A stretch of 33,015 bases of DNA from Calditrichota bacterium (lineage in GTDB: Bacteria > Calditrichota > Calditrichia > Calditrichales > J004), in NCBI GenBank assembly GCA_024277115.1, contig JAJRVW010000056.1, forward strand, positions 1-33,015. The letters are read 5' to 3'. The translations under genes were made by a program, and so were the position numbers. Positions 28,620 to 33,015 of the stretch are shown here, one piece after another. The notes under the pieces were generated by a model. The model worked only from the letters and a program-made list of their open reading frames with translations. It was not told the origin of the DNA and did not search any database. The stretch's first letter is position 1; every line of letters starts with the position of its first letter.

Positions 28620-29594
28620 TTATTTATTTTTCTTTTCATCATTTGGTTTTTTAGAAAAGACGGTTTGCAATACGTTTTGGATGCTTTCAACAATTTGAGA
28701 GCCTTGCTGAAGATCACCTTGCCCTAGCGAAACAACTGTTTTAGCATTCGGTAATTGCTGACTTGCCTCGGCTAAACGCGCCAATTGTGGCGATAGCATT
28801 AAAAGCTCAGGATTGTCTTGCAGTAATTCCATCTCGCGCTTTTCAAAATCCAGTTGCATATTTTTAAGTCGCAATTCTTCACTTATTCTTTCCCGGGCAA
28901 GTTCAGCCGTATTTTTTTCACGTATTTTTTTTAATTCCAGACGTTTCAATTCAAGCGCATGGTCGGCTTCCAGTATCTGTTGATCGGCCAAAGCTTTTGT
29001 TTGGGCAATATTTGTGCGCACTTTTTGACGGGTTTTTTCAGTCTGTTCCTCCAGCCGTGCTTCTTCTCTTTGCTGTAAGGCCGTGATTATATCTTTCTCC
29101 TGTGGCTCAATGGATTGGGTATTGAGCGATACGACTGTTAAACCAAAAACCGAACATTCATCTTCAAGTTTTTTCTTTAGATAACCGGTTAGTTTTTCTG
29201 AAGAAAGCTCCTCAATATCATATTGAGCGCAAAACTCTTTGGCCATAGATTCCAATAAAATTTTTCCTTCGTCAACAGCAGCATTCACGCAGTTTTCTTT
29301 CCAGCCACCGGTACGGATTAAATTATCAAGGTGTTCGTTATCAGCGGCAACGGTTAAAACAATCCGTATATTGATTAACAAATGTCCTTTAGCCTCGGCT
29401 TCAAACTCTGTAATTTGTGAGTGTACGCCTCCGTTAATGGCCATTGAAAAATGACGTGGATAAAAGCGGGTTTTACGTGGCTGGATTATACTATTTTTTT
29501 CGAATAATACAATCTGGTCCGGTGTACGTAAACGGTATTCAAAAATAATTATCAAAATGAAAACAAATAAAATGGCTGTTATAATGATGGCCAT
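28620..29594 (-). CDS. SPFH/Band 7 (flotillin-like) membrane protein with N-terminal TM and a long coiled-coil
   Basis: An N-terminal TM (AIIITAILFVFILIIIF) is followed by an SPFH-like core and then an E/Q/R/L-rich heptad region (ALQQREEARLEEQTEKTRQK...). Confidence 0.55.
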   Translation of the reverse strand: MAIIITAILFVFILIIIFEYRLRTPDQIVLFEKNSIIQPRKTRFYPRHFSMAINGGVHSQITEFEAEAKGHLLINIRIVLTVAADNEHLDNLIRTGGWKENCVNAAVDEGKILLESMAKEFCAQYDIEELSSEKLTGYLKKKLEDECSVFGLTVVSLNTQSIEPQEKDIITALQQREEARLEEQTEKTRQKVRTNIAQTKALADQQILEADHALELKRLELKKIREKNTAELARERISEELRLKNMQLDFEKREMELLQDNPELLMLSPQLARLAEASQQLPNAKTVVSLGQGDLQQGSQIVESIQNVLQTVFSKKPNDEKKNK

Positions 29595-29713
29595 ATCTTC
29601 CCCCGGTTTTTATTGTTAGTCGTCTGCGCTTAACTTATGCGATAAAAGCTAAAATTTCCACAAAGAATAATTAAAATGGCTAGTCCGGAGAATAAAAAAT
29701 ATTAGAGAAATGT

Positions 29714-29742
29714 TTGACAGATAAAAAAATGGTCTGTATATT
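29714..29742 (+). promoter_or_regulatory. Near-consensus sigma-70-type promoter TTGACA-N17-TATATT upstream of the tRNA-Asp locus
   Basis: TTGACA at 29714-29719, a 17-nt spacer, and TATATT at 29737-29742. Confidence 0.45.
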
Positions 29743-29778
29743 TATGGCTCGTCAATTGAGAAAGAATATACTATATCT

Positions 29779-29835
29779 GTTAGTTCAATTGGTTAGAGCA
29801 TCCCGATTCTTTCAGGAAAGTTGTTAAGATTCAAG
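29779..29835 (+). pseudogene. Degenerate tRNA-Asp-like fragment (D-arm identical, anticodon and T arms decayed)
   Basis: A 20-nt identity TAGTTCAATTGGTTAGAGCA with the D-arm of the downstream tRNA-Asp, plus an AAGTTG variable-loop remnant. No acceptor- or T-stem pairing is possible. Confidence 0.45.
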
Positions 29836-29860
29836 AAAAATAAAAAAAGTTTTAAATGTT

Positions 29861-29934
29861 GGTCCGGTAGTTCAATTGGTTAGAGCACCTGCCTGTCACG
29901 CAGGAAGTTGCGAGTTCGAGTCTCGTCCGGACCG
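29861..29934 (+). tRNA. tRNA-Asp (anticodon GTC)
   Basis: I folded the cloverleaf manually: acceptor ggtccgg/ccggacc, D stem gttc/gagc, anticodon stem cctgc/gcagg with loop ctGTCac, T stem gcgag/ctcgt with loop ttcgagt. No encoded CCA. Confidence 0.9.
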
Positions 29935-29944
29935 CTTACCATCG

Positions 29945-29980
29945 GTCTCAGCGAACTTTTTCGTTGAGACTTTTTTTTTA
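29945..29980 (+). terminator. Rho-independent terminator after tRNA-Asp
   Basis: Stem gtctcagcgaa / ttcgttgagac (one mismatch) is followed by a T9 run. Confidence 0.7.
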
Positions 29981-30400
29981 TAGAATCTTCTTGGTTTTAT
30001 TAATACCAGATACACAAATACCTCGTCACAATCTCTGCACTTACATACCAACCCACTTTCAAATACCTGCTAATCAGCTTGCAGATTAAGGCTATAGGTT
30101 TTAATTTCACCTCGAAAGTTTAAGTACGTATTGGAAATAAAAAATCAGCATATAGCTAGATAAAAAACTGTAACATTTTATTATGGGGCTATAAATAATA
30201 TTGGGAATGTATGACAAACCGGGTTTACCACAGCGGCTTTTTATCTAAAAACCCGCTATGGCGAGGGGGATCCCGGAATTACTGTAAAATCATCAAAGAA
30301 GACTTAGTGCTATAATCCTTCAAATGAGGGTTATAATATAATAGATGCAACACACAGCCCATTTCCATAAATAAAAACTTATAATTTCAAATTAGATTAT

Positions 30401-30985
30401 ATGATTCCTTTACTAAACTCCAAAAAAAAACTTACAGATACGGACCTTATTAACAATTTTGCCAAAACTAAGAATCCGGAATTTCTTGGAGAACTTTATA
30501 TCAGGTACCATCACCTTGTTTATCTTGGTTGTCAAAAATATCTGAAGAATAAAGAGGAAAGCAAAGATGCGGTAAACGACATCTTCCAAAACTTGATTGA
30601 CACACTTAGAAAACAGGAGATCCAAAATTTTAAAAGCTGGCTTTATATAGTCACAAAAAACCATTGTTTAATGAAAATACGTTCTAAAAAAGAGCCTTTA
30701 ACTATTATGGACTCAATATCTCTTGAAGAACAAATTATGGAAAATCCTGATTTTCATCATCCTAATAATGAGAGCGAGCTAAAAGAAGAAAAATTAAAAA
30801 ACGCTTTGTCTCTACTGCCTCATGACCAAAAGAAATGTTTAACCATGTTTTATTTTGCAAACAAAAGCTATAAAGATATTGCACATGAAATAGGTTACGA
30901 CCTAAGGCAAGTTAAAAGCCATATACAAAATGGGAAAAGAAATCTAAAAAACATTCTATCCAATAATGGAAACAGTCATGAATAA
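30401..30985 (+). CDS. ECF-type RNA polymerase sigma-70 factor
   Basis: Region 2 (YLGCQKYLKNKEESKDAVNDIFQNLIDTLRK...SWLYIVTKNHCLM) and region 4 HTH (CLTMFYFANKSYKDIAHEIGYDLRQVKSHIQNGKRNLK); 194 aa. Confidence 0.8.
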   Translation: MIPLLNSKKKLTDTDLINNFAKTKNPEFLGELYIRYHHLVYLGCQKYLKNKEESKDAVNDIFQNLIDTLRKQEIQNFKSWLYIVTKNHCLMKIRSKKEPLTIMDSISLEEQIMENPDFHHPNNESELKEEKLKNALSLLPHDQKKCLTMFYFANKSYKDIAHEIGYDLRQVKSHIQNGKRNLKNILSNNGNSHE

Positions 30986-31715
30986 CAACACCCAAATATG
31001 TTCATCATTAGAAGAACTTATTGCATATAAAAACAATAAACTGTCCACCGACAAAGAAAAGCTTCTTAAAGAACATTTTAGCGAATGTAAACTTTGCTCT
31101 GATGCCTACGATGGATTATGTGCTGAACCAAACATTGGGAAAACAATTGATACAATAAATACGCTTAAAAAGAATATCCTTAATCAGTCAAGAAAAAATA
31201 AATCCAACAACAAAAAACATATGTTGTTGGCGGCCATTACTTTTAGTTTTTTAATAAGCTTATTTTTTATAAATGATAAAGTATCAAACGTATCTGTTTT
31301 TGAAAAATATTTTGAGCCCTACCCCAATACTTTCCCAATTACCCGGAGCATAAACGAGGTGACGAATTTTGAAAAGGCAATGATTGAATATGAGCAAAAA
31401 AATTATTTTGAATCCATCAAATTATTAAATATAATCATCACTGCTGATCCGACAGACATACATGCGCGATTATATGCAGGGATATCAAACCTGGCAATCA
31501 ATAAACCCAATGAAGCTATCTCTCAATTCAATGATATTGTATCAAACTCTGGTACTGATCTTAAAAATGAGGCCAAATGGTTTTTAACCCTCGCATATAT
31601 TAAAAAAGGCGAACTGGAACGGGCCAAAAACATTCTTAACGATTTACAAAGTCAGCAAGGCAAATATTACAATAAAAGTAATCTACTTCTCAAAGAACTA
31701 AACACATTTGATTAA
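30966..31715 (+). CDS. Anti-sigma factor: N-terminal zinc-finger (HxxxCxxC) anti-sigma domain, single TM, C-terminal TPR-like domain
   Basis: HFSECKLCSDA is a ZAS-like motif. The TM segment is MLLAAITFSFLISLFFI. C-terminal TPR-like helices are present (EKAMIEYEQKNYFESIKLL...AKWFLTLAYIKKGELERAKNIL). The start overlaps the sigma stop and the stop abuts the next ATG. Confidence 0.65.
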   Translation: METVMNNNTQICSSLEELIAYKNNKLSTDKEKLLKEHFSECKLCSDAYDGLCAEPNIGKTIDTINTLKKNILNQSRKNKSNNKKHMLLAAITFSFLISLFFINDKVSNVSVFEKYFEPYPNTFPITRSINEVTNFEKAMIEYEQKNYFESIKLLNIIITADPTDIHARLYAGISNLAINKPNEAISQFNDIVSNSGTDLKNEAKWFLTLAYIKKGELERAKNILNDLQSQQGKYYNKSNLLLKELNTFD

Positions 31716-32495
31716 ATGAAAAAAAATAAGCTATCTGTTTTTATATTTTTACTCTCCATAAATAGCTTTATATTTTCTGACACCAAAAGAACTCCCCCGC
31801 TGCAAAATTCCGATAAGGTTTCCCCCACTCAACCTTTAGCCGAATTGAAATGGACAGAAACAGAACTGACACAAATCTCCAAAATTCTTCCCGGCGAAAT
31901 TTTTCTATATAAAAATGCCACATAACAAAATTTAAAAAAAAGTGCAAAAGATGCAGGGATTATCCATCTGGCGACACATACACAAATAAATAATGAAAAC
32001 CCAATGTATTCAAAATTGGTATTTTATAATGATAGAAACAAAGATGAAGACCATTATCTAAATACGTATGAAATCTACAACCTTGAAACAAAAGCCCAGA
32101 TGGTAGTATTGAGCGCCTGCAACTCTGGCATTGGAAAAATAGTAAAGGGAGAGGGCTCCCTTAGCCTGGCACGGGGTTTTATGTATGCGGGCATTCCAAG
32201 TGTAATTATGAGCTTATGGCCTGTCGACGACCAATCTACATTCAAAATTATGACCACTTTTTATCAAAACATTGCAGACGGCAAACAAAAAGACAAAGCG
32301 CTGAGAGAATCAAAATTGCAGTATTTAAAAGAGACAGACCCTCTTCTGGCCAGTCCATTTTACTGGGCGGGGTTTATTCCCTTAGGAAACAGGGAACCTA
32401 TAAAAAAAGCAACTACTAGTTACAGATTTTACTATCTTATCCCACTGTTAATTCTTCTTGGTTTCGGGTTATACTTCAAATTTAAAAATCATTAA
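31716..32495 (+). pseudogene. Minimal CHAT-domain (caspase-like) protease with signal peptide and C-terminal TM anchor, interrupted by an in-frame TAA at 31923-31925
   Basis: ORFs 31716..31925 and 32004..32495 are in the same frame, separated by a single TAA. Reading through gives ...AGIIHLATH...(45 aa)...MVVLSACNSG, the CHAT His/Cys dyad. The 3' part has GEGSLSLARGFMYAGIPSVIMSLWPVDD, typical of CHAT. Confidence 0.6.
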
Positions 32496-32499
32496 GCCT

Positions 32500-32877
32500 G
32501 TGCGTAATTTATCAATACTCCTTATCTTGCTAGTATCGACCTCTCTTTTTTTAATTAAAACGAATATAAAAGAAATTACCTCAGGAAACCCTGCGCCACC
32601 TTCTCTTTTTAGCCAAAGCGCTGACACCCTATTTAATAAAGCTGAGCACTTCAAAATATCTCAAAAGTTTGATAGTGCATCTTTTTACTTTGATCTCGCA
32701 GCAAATAAATTTTATCATAAAAAACGTTACAATGAGGCAGTAAAAGCTCTTCATCTTGCTGGATATTCACTCTTCCCTCTTGAACAGAAGGTGTTCCCAG
32801 ATAAGTATAATAAAGCATACACCCTATTTAGAAAAGCTTTACAAATATCTAAAAAATATCTCTCCCCGACACTATGA
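32500..32877 (+). CDS. Small secreted TPR-like protein (probable GTG start at 32500)
   Basis: A signal-peptide-like N-terminus (RNLSILLILLVSTSLFL) is followed by TPR-like helices (NKAEHFKISQKFDSASFYFDLAANKFYHKKRYNEAVKALHLAGY). The ATG at 32458 would overlap the upstream ORF. Confidence 0.35.
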   Translation: MRNLSILLILLVSTSLFLIKTNIKEITSGNPAPPSLFSQSADTLFNKAEHFKISQKFDSASFYFDLAANKFYHKKRYNEAVKALHLAGYSLFPLEQKVFPDKYNKAYTLFRKALQISKKYLSPTL

Positions 32878-32912
32878 AGTCAAGTCCTAAATGTTGTGTA
32901 CTTTGTTCTTCC

Positions 32913-32961
32913 AGCGGTTTAAGTTCTGATGAAGCGTAGCGGAATCAGAACTTAAACCGCT
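32913..32961. repeat. Perfect 18-bp inverted repeat (stem-loop) agcggtttaagttctgat / atcagaacttaaaccgct with 13-nt loop
   Basis: Seen directly. No T-run follows immediately; one appears about 25 nt downstream. Confidence 0.5.
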
Positions 32962-33015
32962 CGCGCCAGTTTGACCCACGGTTCAGTTTTATTTTTTAGT
33001 ATTTCCATATCCAAA

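Noticed and set aside
1-33015. CRISPR arrays, transposases, integrases, phage genes
   Set aside because: I found no tandem direct repeats with unique spacers, and no ORF with transposase/integrase/recombinase motifs. The window looks like chromosomal backbone with accessory surface genes, not a mobile island.

Overview
This is a ~33 kb chromosomal window at ~40% GC from a bacterium with a type IX secretion system (FCB group: Bacteroidota-, Ignavibacteriota- or Calditrichota-like). Three ORFs end in the Por/T9SS C-terminal sorting domain (403..1032, 14352..16516, 19694..22165). Recognisable housekeeping genes are glyQS, recO, a 2-Cys peroxiredoxin, a DegT-family sugar aminotransferase, a MOSC protein, tRNA-Asp(GTC) and a hybrid histidine kinase co-transcribed with a polytopic membrane protein. 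Several clusters are more unusual. (1) An SOS-type cassette, lexA - umuD-like S24 peptidase - small ORF - dinB, carries a TGTAC-N4-GTACA palindrome placed like a LexA box, and its dinB is split by a frameshift. (2) An ECF sigma / zinc-finger-TPR anti-sigma / minimal CHAT protease operon has an in-frame TAA stop just before the catalytic His of the CHAT ORF. (3) A 1840-aa giant ORF has a complete fold-type-I PLP (aminotransferase class I/II) motif set buried between ~380 aa and ~1080 aa of unrecognisable sequence; it sits downstream of an SPFH/flotillin-like gene and converges on a small acidic ORF. (4) A decayed tRNA-Asp copy lies in tandem with the intact tRNA-Asp behind a near-consensus promoter. 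Three genes are disrupted by a frameshift or stop (T9SS cargo, dinB, CHAT); I cannot tell pseudogenes from assembly indels. I saw no CRISPR array, transposase or integrase. All calls rest on reading motifs in the supplied translations; no database search was possible.
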